From positions 124,001 to 188,000 of the forward strand of contig CP120461.1 in NCBI GenBank assembly GCA_034226945.1: a DNA stretch of 64,000 bases. Reading direction: 5' to 3'. Under the pieces are notes generated by a model, which did not search any database, was not told the origin of the DNA, and worked only from the letters and a program-made list of their open reading frames with translations. The position numbers and the translations under genes are program-made. Source of the DNA: Picochlorum sp. SENEW3 (lineage: Eukaryota). How positions within the stretch are numbered: position 1 is the first letter of the stretch; each line of letters opens with the position of its first letter. Below, in pieces: positions 20,990 through 33,084 of the stretch.

Positions 20990-22375
20990 CTACTTGCCTG
21001 GAGGCAGTTTTGGTGCGGTGTCAGAGGCGGGATACTCGTCAGCGCCGTCATCTGGGCCAAAGGATGGGATGGACTGGAGGCGTGTGGTGAGGGAGAGGCG
21101 AATCTCCATGTCTCTGAGCTGATGCCCTACGCTCATGAGCCAGAAGAGAATTTCACCCAGTTCAGCGGAAGTGCATTCTGACTTGTTGCTCTTCCACACG
21201 CCGTCATCATGTCTTCCAATCAATCTATCCACAAGGGAATTCATGGCTTCCATGACGTCAGCAGAGGCACACTCTGTGAGTTCTGCGACATTCTCCCCAC
21301 TGAGGGTTTTCAAGTATGCCAGCAATTCGCTTTCCAATTCCTCCGCCAAGACTGATTTCGGGTCTTCTTCTACGTGGTAACTTTTATTGTTGTTGGAATG
21401 GCTGTGGATTGTCATATTCTGTTGGCTCTGTGTGTATGATGCCAACCTGGCCAAGTGTGTGTCAATGTCATCTGTTGTAGACGTGTCTTTTTCTTCTTCG
21501 TCGTCTTCAGGGTCGTGTCTGGATTGCAAAAGTTCCCGTCTCAAAGCAGCAACCTCCTGTTCTAATTGCTCGATATACTCTGCTGCAGGAATCTCTTGGA
21601 CGCCGTGTTCATAATGCCAGCGCAGCACCTCTCCCTGGATGCCCACCTTTTGTGTCCCGGCCGCAAACACTCCGACATCTTCCCCAATATACTCGATGCT
21701 TTCGTCATCATCGATGCTCGAGCCTTTCTTCTGCTTGTTCTTCTTCTTTTCAACAACATGGGGTAAAAATCCCCTCGGCACCCCACCATCTGATACAATG
21801 ATGTCATTCACAGTGTTTGTGTACACCCCTCCTCGTGGCGAGGCGACCTCTAGTCTCTTGGCAAGCTCCAAGCGATGATGCGCATTGCAAAACATGTATC
21901 CTGTCATCAAGACGCTGTACATGAGCTGCGTCAGATTCTCCTCCCTGGATGAAATTGTAATCTCAAAATACTCTGGGGGAAGCGTTCCAATCAAATTACT
22001 AATAGTCTGGCGGATAGCAACCATGGATGTCTTGGGCAACATGGGACCAGAACCATTCTTGCCGTCTTCATACTCTGAAATCCTGTGTGTTGCTGGAGAC
22101 AAACTCAACACATACTCCAACAAGGCCTCTTTCCTCGTCTTCACGCCCGCATTGGCTCTGGCTTCCTTCCCATCATTCTTTTTATTCTTATTATTTCTAT
22201 TGCCCCAAAAGGCACGCACTCTACTCCCATGATGATACCCTCTCTGCCTTGACTTTACAGAGTGCCAGGGCCCTCTCACCTGTACTCCTGAAAATATGCT
22301 CTTGGGTTGGTGGGAATGGCATCTATTCATGGCCCGCACCCCACACATCTGATGGTGATGATAAGTGAGGATCAT
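20990..22375 (-). CDS. DUF760 family protein, probably chloroplast
   Basis: LLEYVLSL...IRQTISNLIGTLPPEYFEITISSREENLTQLMYSVLMTGYMF and a second repeat LLAYLKTL...LGEILFWLMSVGHQLR. Start uncertain. Confidence 0.8.
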   Translation of the reverse strand: MILTYHHHQMCGVRAMNRCHSHQPKSIFSGVQVRGPWHSVKSRQRGYHHGSRVRAFWGNRNNKNKKNDGKEARANAGVKTRKEALLEYVLSLSPATHRISEYEDGKNGSGPMLPKTSMVAIRQTISNLIGTLPPEYFEITISSREENLTQLMYSVLMTGYMFCNAHHRLELAKRLEVASPRGGVYTNTVNDIIVSDGGVPRGFLPHVVEKKKNKQKKGSSIDDDESIEYIGEDVGVFAAGTQKVGIQGEVLRWHYEHGVQEIPAAEYIEQLEQEVAALRRELLQSRHDPEDDEEEKDTSTTDDIDTHLARLASYTQSQQNMTIHSHSNNNKSYHVEEDPKSVLAEELESELLAYLKTLSGENVAELTECASADVMEAMNSLVDRLIGRHDDGVWKSNKSECTSAELGEILFWLMSVGHQLRDMEIRLSLTTRLQSIPSFGPDDGADEYPASDTAPKLPPGK

Positions 22376-22893
22376 GCTCTCCGTATTCTTGTTCTTCAAT
22401 CACAAGTAAGTACTGAAGGGTAGGGTGCTCTGTCACTCGTTCCCTCAACAACACTCGTCGTCGTGGTAGAACTACTACAACACTCCTTTTCAATCCGAAG
22501 CTGCTCTATGTATTAAATAGAGGTATTTAAGAAGGAAAACTAGCGTATAGAATGTAAACCACGCGTGGTCATCAACAAGAACAAGTAAATCGCAGAGAAA
22601 TCAACGCGGTCAGGGTTCTGCAAGTCTTGTTGCGACTCGGCGTACAACTATGACACTAAATATTAATTAGAAAAATTGTCTTCTCAGGAATAAACTGATG
22701 CGAGAGTGTGTGGATACGGATATGCTCATATCTATTCCGTAAATCGATAACAAAAAAATGAATTTGAGTTTCTGTATTCGCTCAAATGCCCAGGTCAACT
22801 GATTATTATTCTGCTGATATTCTTCTAACAAGAACAAATCGTTATTCATGAAGAATGTTGTGATAGAGAGAGTCGTTGTTGTATGATTTTGTG

Positions 22894-24744
22894 ATGAATT
22901 GTTGTTCCGGAGAAGCTTGCCTGTTCGTCGGCTCAATATCAGGTATATCCTCTCATACGACAGCTGCTACTTGTAATTCTTTATTGTTACCACGTCATAG
23001 AAGAGTTCCAAGGTGGGGCTGGGTATCCAGTAGGGCGAGGAGGAGAACTCAACTGTCTTGTGCTGCTGAGAACAAGGACACTCGTGGAGGAGAAGAGTAT
23101 CAGCGTGATACTGGTGAATCTTTCAAGTTACCAAAGATTGCGCTGCCTGGTACACATGAAGATGATGCTCAGATACTGGCGTTGGCTGTTCCTGCGGCGC
23201 TTGCACTAGCAGCTGATCCATTGTTGCAGGTGGTTGATACAGCTTTTGTGGGGCATGCAGGACCTGATGCGTTGGCAGCCCTCGGTATCAATTCGGCGCT
23301 CTTTACGTTTTCCTTTCTGGTTTTTAATTTTTTAGGAACGGCGACGACGCCGTTGGTGGCGCGGGCAAAGTCTTCTCAGAATGCGACCAAGGCTGGGCTT
23401 GTCACTCTGCAGGCACTGACTGTGGCTGCTGTGTGTGGGAGTCTGCTGACTGTTGCGTTGTTGGTTGGGAGCGACCAGGCACTGCATGTGATGGGGGCTG
23501 ACCCCGAGGCTAATCCTGTGACGTATGAGATGTCGCAGCAGTTTTTATACATTCGGGCATTTGCAGCACCTGCTGTGATGTTGTGTACTGTTGGACAGGG
23601 TGTGTTTGGGGGTCTTCAGGATATGAAGACGCCGCTCGGAATAACGGCATCTGCTAATATGATTAATTTAAGTTTGGATGTTTTTCTTATTCTTGGTCTT
23701 GGGTGGGGTGTTCGAGGCGCAGCGTGTGCCACAACAGTGGCAGAGTGGACGGCAGCATCTTGCTATCTGTATTTTTTGTGGACACGGCGGGAGTCGTTGG
23801 GTGGGTCGTCAGCGCCGGAGGCTATGAAGAAGATGGATGCACAGGAATTGATTGCATCTTTTAGGCCTTTTTTTAATGCTGGTGGAGCTGTTCTGATGCG
23901 GACGATACTGCTGTTGGGTACCAAGACTGTCGCCTCGGCAACTGCAGCGAGGCTTGGGTCTACAGCGATTGGGTCTCATCAGGTCGTGATGCAATTATGG
24001 TTACTCACGAGTATGTTGGTGGATTCTTTGGCAGTGTCGGGACAGAGTCTTATTGCTGTGGAGTTTGGTAAAGCCAAGGTGGACAGTATGAAGGCTATGA
24101 AAGCGCAGCCGGCAGATATGCTGATGTCGGAAGATGTTACAGTGACGCTCGATACTTCTGGGGCACGACGAGTAGCGAATAGATTGTTGCAGCTAGGAAT
24201 TGGTTCTGGGGTGGTGCTTGCAGCAGCATTCACCCTCACATCCCCATGGATTCCAAAGTTGTTTACTGAAGACCCTGATGTAGAACGAACGATTCTTGGA
24301 ATTCTACCCATTGCTCTGGCAATGTTGCCTGTGAATGGTGCTGTTTATGTTCTTGATGGTATTTTGGTTGGGTCACGGGATTTCACGTGGATGGCCAAGG
24401 CCATGACACTGGCAGCGGGGTCTGCTGTTGTGTTCCTAGCAGCTGTAGAGCCTCTTGATCTTGGATTACAAGGCGTCTGGTATGCGCTGGCTGCATTAAT
24501 GATTCTTAGAATGAGCACTCTGGTATGGAGGTACCAATCACGCCGTGGTCCATTTTCCCCAGAAGGGCAAGAGGTGATTCTGAAAGCAGGGAACAATAGT
24601 ATGGATGTTGTTCTGGAAACTAATGGTGCAGATGCAAACGATCGAGGTGTATCCAAAACAAAAGGACACATCTCGCCAATGTACAATAATAATAATAATG
24701 CATGTACAATGAAGGACAGCCAGGAAGAAGATTGTATTACATGA
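22894..24744 (+). CDS. MATE efflux family protein (DinF / plant DTX44-47-like), probably plastid
   Basis: ILALAVPAALALAADPL...VDTAFVGH, GLQDMKTP, GVRGAACAT and DSLAVSGQ motifs; many hydrophobic helices. Start uncertain. Confidence 0.9.
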   Translation: MNCCSGEACLFVGSISGISSHTTAATCNSLLLPRHRRVPRWGWVSSRARRRTQLSCAAENKDTRGGEEYQRDTGESFKLPKIALPGTHEDDAQILALAVPAALALAADPLLQVVDTAFVGHAGPDALAALGINSALFTFSFLVFNFLGTATTPLVARAKSSQNATKAGLVTLQALTVAAVCGSLLTVALLVGSDQALHVMGADPEANPVTYEMSQQFLYIRAFAAPAVMLCTVGQGVFGGLQDMKTPLGITASANMINLSLDVFLILGLGWGVRGAACATTVAEWTAASCYLYFLWTRRESLGGSSAPEAMKKMDAQELIASFRPFFNAGGAVLMRTILLLGTKTVASATAARLGSTAIGSHQVVMQLWLLTSMLVDSLAVSGQSLIAVEFGKAKVDSMKAMKAQPADMLMSEDVTVTLDTSGARRVANRLLQLGIGSGVVLAAAFTLTSPWIPKLFTEDPDVERTILGILPIALAMLPVNGAVYVLDGILVGSRDFTWMAKAMTLAAGSAVVFLAAVEPLDLGLQGVWYALAALMILRMSTLVWRYQSRRGPFSPEGQEVILKAGNNSMDVVLETNGADANDRGVSKTKGHISPMYNNNNNACTMKDSQEEDCIT

Positions 24745-24834
24745 AAGAACAACCGTATGTTTGTATGAATGAAATATAAGATCTAGTACTGCAAAAAGCC
24801 GTGTGTATGTAACAACCACGTTCATGAGCATTAA

Positions 24835-25944
24835 TTAATTCTTGTGGTTTTCGACAAAAGATTTGGCCTGTGACATCATATCCTCAGCGTTGGCAAACAT
24901 CTCCTCACTCTTGGCCTTGACATAGTCATCCAAAGTCTCTTTATTTGCATGAATCTCACTGACGAATTGTGAGACATCCCCCGCAATATCAGTGGCGCCA
25001 CTCGCAAGGGCTCCGATAGCAGTACCAATGGCACCAGTGATTTGCGCTCTCATATCGTTCAAGCTAGATCCAAGTCCATTGAATTCGAACAGCACAAGCC
25101 TATCCGATTTTCCAATAGTCTTGGAGATTTTGCAGTCCTTTGTTCTGAATGAAGGAGCGGTGTGGCGCTTGGAAACAAATTTTCCAGCGTTGTGACCATA
25201 TGTGAGGTATGGTTTTGAACACTTGAGATAGGAAACCTTGTGGTCTGGCCCTTCCTTTTCGACTTCGCAACCTCCCAGTCCAATCTCTATTTCAAATCCT
25301 GGCATTGTGATAGCTGCTGGTTTCTTTTGAGATGGGGTGAACCTCGCCGGTGAGCAATACTTGTCCTCAAACATGCTGACACTTTGCTCAAGTTGGACAT
25401 CAAGACCATTATACGCCAGTCCCATGTTTTTGTAGCTCTGGTGAGCTGCATCCACCCATGCTGAAGGCTTATGCAATTGGTTCATTGGAGGAAGCTCTGG
25501 GCGAGCATTTAATGCAAATTGTCCCAATGCCTGGGCAGCGTCAATACCCATTCCAGCAAACTGTTGTAAATCAGCACGTCCACTTCTCAAGGCATCGAGC
25601 ACTTCCTGAGGATATCCCAATGCCGAGTCAATCAAAAATGTACCGGCGAGTTTTGTTGCATCAAAAATGACTCCAGCAGAGTTCATGACGAAATTCGTGG
25701 CCGCACCGGTGGCGTCCGTCAAAACAGTGTACACATTTCCAACAGTGTCAACAAACTTGCCAGCCTTTGCCTTTGCTCCTGTCACAGCAGCCTGTCCAAC
25801 CTGGACAGCTCCTTGTGCGACTGTTCCAAGTCCCTGAAGAGCCTCTTGTGACGCTTTTCCTCCGTGGAGGTTTGCCGCATTGGCTCCCGCGGCGACCCCA
25901 AGGAGAGCCACGGTCACCACAGACGATGTTCTAGAGTTTCCCAT
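24835..25944 (-). CDS. Hypothetical secreted protein (369 aa)
   Basis: Hydrophobic signal peptide (VVTVALLGVAAGANA), Ala/Gly-rich helical regions and a central segment with 4 Cys; no family recognised. Confidence 0.75.
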   Translation of the reverse strand: MGNSRTSSVVTVALLGVAAGANAANLHGGKASQEALQGLGTVAQGAVQVGQAAVTGAKAKAGKFVDTVGNVYTVLTDATGAATNFVMNSAGVIFDATKLAGTFLIDSALGYPQEVLDALRSGRADLQQFAGMGIDAAQALGQFALNARPELPPMNQLHKPSAWVDAAHQSYKNMGLAYNGLDVQLEQSVSMFEDKYCSPARFTPSQKKPAAITMPGFEIEIGLGGCEVEKEGPDHKVSYLKCSKPYLTYGHNAGKFVSKRHTAPSFRTKDCKISKTIGKSDRLVLFEFNGLGSSLNDMRAQITGAIGTAIGALASGATDIAGDVSQFVSEIHANKETLDDYVKAKSEEMFANAEDMMSQAKSFVENHKN

Positions 25945-26216
25945 GAAGAAGTCAATAAATCAATACGTATCGTGCGAATAGTTTCATATAGAATTCATTA
26001 CCCTCTGATATCTGTCCTCTACAGAATCATGAATCGTTGGGATGTTGGATGAACAAACTCAGGGATGTGTTCCTCAACCAACGGTGTGCTGCTGGGTCGA
26101 ACCTCGCTGGGTCGAACTCGCTCAGTCGAACCACCTGTGCCATATACTGGACACAAATGGACCACCGCGACCACTTGATAATCTCTCTTAGATTTCTCGC
26201 AAGTTTCAAAATTACA

Positions 26217-27326
26217 ATGAAAGGTACGGTATACAGCATACACACGCAGGGATTGTCACTGTGCCCCCCAACAAGCAGGACGAGCGGGCTCTTCTACCCA
26301 AGACGACGAGCATTGTCTTGGTGACGCGTTGGCACTGCATTCACACCCATACATCGATGTACTGATGCAGGATCATTCGTAGTAGTAGCATGCTTCATGG
26401 CAATCTTTGCCGCCATGGGTTGCTCTGCCCAGGAGCTCTCATTTGTTGATGGGCCCCAAATCATCTCTGTCACCCCAAAGGACCAGGGAGCAACCATCGG
26501 GTTCCTTGCACCAAAAAAGACAGCTACTAGTCCAGAAATCTTGGAATACGAGATACAGTGCTCTGTGCCAGGCGCTATAAACATGGGAGTCGCAGTATTC
26601 ATCCTGGAGGATGTAGATGACTTGTCTGCTGACATTTATGGCTTGGAGAATGGAATGGACTACTCGTGCAACATGGTTGCACGTGGAGCAACTGATGGCC
26701 TTTTACCACGTGCCATCAACTCTCCAAACTCAAACCCAACACCAATCTTTAGTCCATCAAAATCCGGTTCAGCCACAATTTATGTCAAGACCCCAGAGAA
26801 GGCAGCTCCAGAGCAGAAACCACAGCAAGAGGAAGAGACGGCAACCTCTGTTCCACCAACAAATCCAGAACAGGCAAACAGCAATGTTGTTCTTCCAAAG
26901 GCACCATCTATCAAGGATATGGAGGTCAACGCCAACGGCAATGTGGAGATTATCTTTGGACTCCCAGCAGGTGAAGAGTCTTCACCAATCAAGAACTTCA
27001 TCGTTGCCTGCCAGAACAATGGAGACTCTACCATTGCTAGACAGACCATGGTTCCAGCTGGATCTACTTCCGCTGTCGTCGAGGGTCTCACTCCAGGAGA
27101 GTACACATGCTCTGTGGCTGCATCCACTGCTGATGGCATTGGCGCATCTGCCACCCGTATGATCAGCGTGGATGCCCCATCCAAGGCTCCAGAGCAGACC
27201 GAGACCTCCCAAGAGGATACAGTAGAAAAGCAAGATGGATCCGAGCAGCCAGACCAGAAATCTGCTGCCATCATCCCAACCGTGTCTGCTGTGATCATCT
27301 CTGTCCTGGCCATCTTGTTTATCTAA
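26217..27326 (+). CDS. Cell-surface protein with two fibronectin type III-like domains and a probable GPI signal (7-nt first coding exon; intron 26224-26370)
   Basis: ATGAAAG|gtacgg...gcag|GA gives the signal peptide MKGSFVVVACFMAIFAAMGCSA. FN3 motifs GLENGMDYSCNMVA and GLTPGEYTCSVAA; terminal hydrophobic tail. Confidence 0.8.
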
Positions 27327-27471
27327 GGAAACTTTCATTCGTTCATTATCTGACAGTTTTATTTCATATAATTGATACACAAGGCATTTTGTAATCAATA
27401 CGTATTTCATTGGACCCAACCATGCGTTAAAAAGACGAGTATATGAAAACAAACGAGGCTGGATTTCAAAA

Positions 27472-29856
27472 ATGTCCTTTCTCCAGGACGATTCGTTGCC
27501 TCTTTTGAAAGTGCGATGGTATTCTTTCAAAGAGCCTCACAGTATGTTTTATTTGGTTGTAATATTCAGGGTTTGACGGCTTTCTACGGGTTTGGGTATT
27601 CCAACAAGAAAACAATTGGTACAATTTTTCCGTTTGCAGAATCCTCCCAGTCAGGTATCCCGGATATTCCCCATCGAGGAAGTATTGTACGATTTTGTGA
27701 ATCTGATACTATTGCGTTGGAGAAGGCGTACAGGTATGCTGCTGAATACCCATGGTGTTTGTCTTTCAAGGGTTTGTAAAGGACACTGGAGTGTTGTGTG
27801 TAGGGCTGATCGGGATGCAATTGATGCGGTGTGGTGGGAAGAGGAGGCGTATGTTCACAGTATAAAGAGTTCAAAAAGCTCTGATGTTGCTTCGCCGAGT
27901 AAAAGCGGTGGTGGGATTGCTGCTGTGGATGGATTGGCTGATACGCCACCAGGGTCTCCTATGAAAGGGTTGCAGGAGCACGGGTCGGCCTCGTGGGTGG
28001 ATTTTATTGGTTCGCCAACGAAGGAGATGGCGTCTCAAAAGAATGAGACTCTAGGGGTGTTGGTTCGAGGTCGAATATTTGAGGTGGATTTGAAGAGGCG
28101 GATGATGCAGCCGTGTTATTGGCCAGGAGCAAGGCATCGAGTGCTGCGGGGGACGTGGTTTGTGGAGAAGCAAGGGGATTATGTTCCTGTGCGAGAGATG
28201 ATTGCTGAAAAGCTGGAACAGGCATTTTTATCGAGGGCGTGGGATCCGTCGAAAGGGTTGCTCAAGATGCAGCGAGATGGGCGGCATGCTGCCAGGATTG
28301 AGTTGACATCTCATCAGGGTGCTGTTGTGATGTATGCGTTATTTTATTCGGGATATGAAGTGTATATTGTGTGGGATACGAGTTTTGCATGGATTAAGAA
28401 GAAGTTTAGTAAGAGTGGTGGGGAGAATAGATTGTCGTTGAGACGTGGGTATACGGAACCGCCCACACCAGCTGCATTACAGAAGGAAGCGGATCTTGCG
28501 CAAGAGAAGGAGGATGAGGAGGTTGCCACGTCGCCAACGCCTCAGTCTCTTATATTAGCGATTCATGGGATTGGACAGAATCTGAGTGGGGCGAATATTG
28601 CCCAGGATGCCCTGGAGATGAAGAAGGCTCTTCGCAAGGTGGTGGCAAAAACTGACAAGGATGAGGATGGGGTTCAGCAGAGAATCGAAGTGTTGCCGGT
28701 GCAGTGGAGAAAGACATTAAATCTTGAAATCGATTCGTTAGCTGCAAGTTTGATGCCTCCTGGGATTCCATCGCTGCGACACATGTTGCATTCCACAGCA
28801 GTGGAAGTCTTGTTTTATCTCACACCAATGCATCGAGCAGCCATCTTGGATTCTGTCGTGAACTCGATGAATGTCGTGTATCGGAAATTTTTGAGTCGAA
28901 ATCCCGAGTTTCAAGGGCGAGTATCTATTTTTGCTCACTCGTTAGGTAGTGTGCTTTGCTGGGATGTTTTGTGCAATCAAGAAGGAGGTCTTGATATGCA
29001 CGGGTCTGAGACGGCAGGCACTGCTTGGGCTCCCAACGTTATTGATATAGGGAGATTAGATTTTGAAGTTGATAAGTTTATTATAGCTGGGTCTCCTTTA
29101 GGGTGCTTCCTTTCCTTGAGAGGGGTCAATCAGTCTGTTGGCACTGGCCTTGGTACTCCCTCATCTGCAGCCTTGATGCATTGCAATCCTAATAGACCTG
29201 GTTCACAGGATGGCTTGCCCAAAGTAAACAGAATGTATAATATATTCCATCCATATGATCCAGTTGCGTACCGACTGGAACCCTTGGCATATAGCCAAGA
29301 GGCATTAGAGGGGCACAAGCAGGCCTTGGTTGAGCTTGTCGGAGGAGGTAGACGGATTCATATTGCTGCTCAAGAGCTTGGAGATAATGTTAGCATGGCT
29401 GCATCAAGATTTGGATCGTCCATTGCGGGAGCCTTTACGTTCAGTCGAAAGTCGAAAGAGGAACCATCATCTGGTGATGCTGAGGAGCACATGTCTGTTC
29501 CAGAAGAAAGAGCCAAGGAGGCAGGTACACCTGGGAAGACGTCCGATGCGAGGCAATCAAAGCCATCTGAGGGCGACCCTTTGTCAAAAGTTGATACGAA
29601 TAGCAGCATTGCGAGGATTACTGGTGGTCTATTGCCTGCAGAGGGCGGACGACCCACCCGTGCCGAGGGGCGCATGGATTTTGCATTGCAGGAGGCATCC
29701 CTAGAGCACCAGTACCTCGCTGCTCTATCCGCTCATTTCATGTATTGGAACTCTCCTGATGTCGCCTTGTTTGTTCACAGGGCAATACACAATCTCGACG
29801 TTATTTCCGGAGAGCCATTGGTTGAAGAAGAAGAAGATGATGAATGTATTACATAA
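27472..29856 (+). CDS. DDHD-domain phospholipase A1 (SGR2 / PA-PLA1-like), 3 exons
   Basis: Spliced N-terminus KVRWYSFKEP...RFCESDTIALEKAY; RGTWF, IHGIGQ, PVQWR, AHSLG (lipase Ser), NIFHPYDPVAYRLEP and SAHFMYW motifs. Confidence 0.9.
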
Positions 29857-29862
29857 ATACTT

Positions 29863-32659
29863 CTATTCGTCTTCCGATTTTTCAAAAGTAAACGGACTGA
29901 AAGGATATCCATCTCCATGATAAAACTTATTCTGGAATTCTACCCAATGGAGACGTAATGCGTGTAAAAATGCAGACAAAGACTCCATAACCATCAACAC
30001 TGCAAGCGTGGCGGCAGCAAACACAGCAAATCCAATCACAATACCCACAGCGCTGCCAGTTTGAAGTGCTCCCATCAACACCTTCTCATAAAACACTGCA
30101 GACAATTGAGAATGGGCCAATGAAAGTGCCCACAGACGAAGATACGACGCTGTATTGGACACAGCTCCCAACACAAATTCAATGGTGTGGATCATTTGGT
30201 GAACAAACACCTCGCCAAAGTTGAACTCTTCCTCTTGACTGCTCGTATCTTGTTCTTCAACCGAGTCCGAAGCCCCAGAAACGAACAATGCAGCTTCTTC
30301 GTCGTTTCCAACTCTGCTTCTATCCTCAGATGGCAAGATACCATAACTCACACTTCTCGACTGCTGCCTCTCCTCATGTCTCTTCTTCAAGATGAATGGT
30401 TTGGGAATGAGCATCCAAGGAACCGTCACGAACATTGCCAAAAGAAGCATGACTTGTAAGAAGCCTTGTCCTGGGAACATTTTATTCTCTGGGCACTGTC
30501 CAGAGCAATCCACATCGCCAGGAGATAAATACATATAAATAAGTGTGTGGTACAAGTCTGCTGTCGAGCCGGTCACCCACTTGAGGATGATCAGGAAGCA
30601 TAAATAACCAAATGAGGCATTCAAAAAGATCATCTGAGGAATGAACTCGCATATAGTCGAGAGAGAATCTCCAAAATAGCGTTGGTTGAACAGTGAATGA
30701 ATGATACCAACATTCATCTGTGTCACTCCCATAACAATCGACATTTTCATCTTGAGGGAATTCGAATACGGCAGCTCCGTTCTAGTACCTCTCCATGCCG
30801 GATCGAATCCGAGAGGATACGGTGATCCTCTCTGCTTCATCGCCAATCCATCCTCAAATGCAGAGGGACACAGCGACTCGTTAAACTGCATCTCCACTGG
30901 ATTCCAGATGTTTTCATTTTCAGCACACACATATTTTGAAGGGCCAAAAATCGTCGTTGCCATGGCAAAGAATTCATTATACAGCATGCCAACATAAATG
31001 GAGAAGAGAGCCATCAACAGAATGATGTAACGACCCCCAAACATCATTCCAACAATATCACCAAGTTTCTGACTCTCGAGCTTCTTTTCGGACAACACAA
31101 GCCACAGAGCAAACAACAACATCAAAAACCCGTGACCAATATCTCCAAACATGACGGCAAATAAAAATGGAAACGTGACAATCGTCATCACAGCTGGATT
31201 GGCTTCTCTATACCGTGCAATCCCATACGCATCCACAATGCCTTGGAATCCAGACATGAATTTTGACGTCTCATAATGCGTCGGCGGCATTTCATAGGTA
31301 ATCAAAGGCTGGAAGACAGTTCCTATTGTAGAATTCGCCTTCAAAGAAGCCTCATGCAATATATTCTGCACAACATGCCGCTCGCACGCTGGCACCCACG
31401 CCTCACCCATAAGCACCTTTCTAGTCACATCCACACTCAATTTGTTCAACGTATGATAAATGCCCGTTTCCCTATGAACCATATCACTCCACGTATCAAG
31501 CTCAGACGCAGCGGTTCTCAATGCATTCTCCAACAGCCTCTTCCCCGCATCAATCGTGGTATGCAACTCTCTCAGCTTCACCGTCACCTCTGAGCTCATC
31601 TGATGCTGCTTCGATAACTCCTCCGGAAACGGGTACCGATTCGCCGAGAACGCGTCACATATTTTAATAATCTTCGCCTTTGCCCTCTCTCCAGCAAAGA
31701 ACACAACATACACAGCCTTCTCCTGCTTCTCCCCAGTCACAGGGTCATTCACAGCCCCCACTGGAACATACTTGAGGTACATATTTCCCCTCGTCGCCCT
31801 ATACAACAACCTCTCAAAAGGAGCCAACTTATCCACAGGAATTGTTCCAGCAACAAATCCCAGCTGCACCGCCTTTGGCTGCTCACTCAGCGGTGCCACA
31901 GTCTCGAGCAAAGGAGCACCTATGTCAGAAGGGTCGCCGCCTGAGAACCAGTCACATAAACGAAGCATTATTCCTCATAATGCATACAACAATCAATCAC
32001 ATCATCAATCACGTACTTTCACGAGTATAATCAGCCTCCCTCTCAGACCCCATGGCATCAGCCTGAGACCGAGAATCCTCAAAAAATGTCCCAGCAGTCT
32101 CCAACACCAGCTGAAGCTCCAACAATTCATTATACGACCGCTGCAACCTATCACTATTCGCATTCAACTCCAACAACTCCTTCTCTAAACGAGACAGCCG
32201 ATTCTCTAACAAGTCAAACTCAAGATGCCTATCCCCCAGCCTGTTCCCCACTGGAAGCCCAGCCTTGGCCACCTGCTCTGAAATAAACCGCACCTGACGG
32301 CCCATTTCATCACAGCGCTTGATCTGACTCGCATATGTCTTTTTAAACGCCGATTCATTCTCATTTAGATCCTTAAATTGAAGCTTACCCAGTCGACCGA
32401 GGGCTTCGACCGTGTCATGAGCTGCCTCGGCTGGAATCATGAGCTACACAACCATCACAAAAGGGCTCTGTGAGACCCATACTAAAATATTTTGATACTT
32501 TAAACACGAAGATGCTCTCAAAGACAGTAACCCAATACGCTGGTGGGTATTCTGTAATGTTTCTAGGGTCATCCTACTCGGGGTGAGATCACAGCCGAGA
32601 TCAATCCATTTCCTACATACCTGCATCAGCTGCATTTCCTCGCTCCTAAAGAGCTCCAT
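29863..32659 (-). CDS. VHA-a: V-type H+-ATPase V0 subunit a (multi-exon)
   Basis: MELFRSEEMQL, FPFLFAVMFGDIGHG, SNTASYLRLWALSLAH and LRLHWVEFQNKFY motifs. Confidence 0.96.
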
Positions 32660-33084
32660 GATTCCCCGTCGTTGGCCTAAACGGTGACTTGCTAGGAAAG
32701 GTTGGGATCTGGGGACGACGCAGAGGGTGCTTTCCCACCCCACACAACAGCCTTGATATAGAACTAGCTTTGTGAATTAATAGATAATATCAGTTAGATA
32801 CGTATATTGATGGCAATCGATGGGGTATTGGTCGGGGTATACAGGCATCCTGAATGGGGGTTGTTTTTCTCCTTGAATAAAACATTAGATACATTCTGCA
32901 ACACATACAACCTTCTGAATGAGGAGGAGCATATACTCTGCTATGTATGTATGTATGGCATGTGTCTGGTCTTGATGTGTTACACAAAATCTGTCACTCT
33001 TGGTTTCCTCTGAAGAAAGAATTCGAAAAGAAAATGAAATGAAAATCAATCAACTATAGTCGTCATGAGAAGCAATACAGGTCA

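Noticed and set aside
26091..26134. Short repeats as a CRISPR-like array
   Set aside because: 14-15 bp units with no spacers, no cas genes, and a eukaryotic context.
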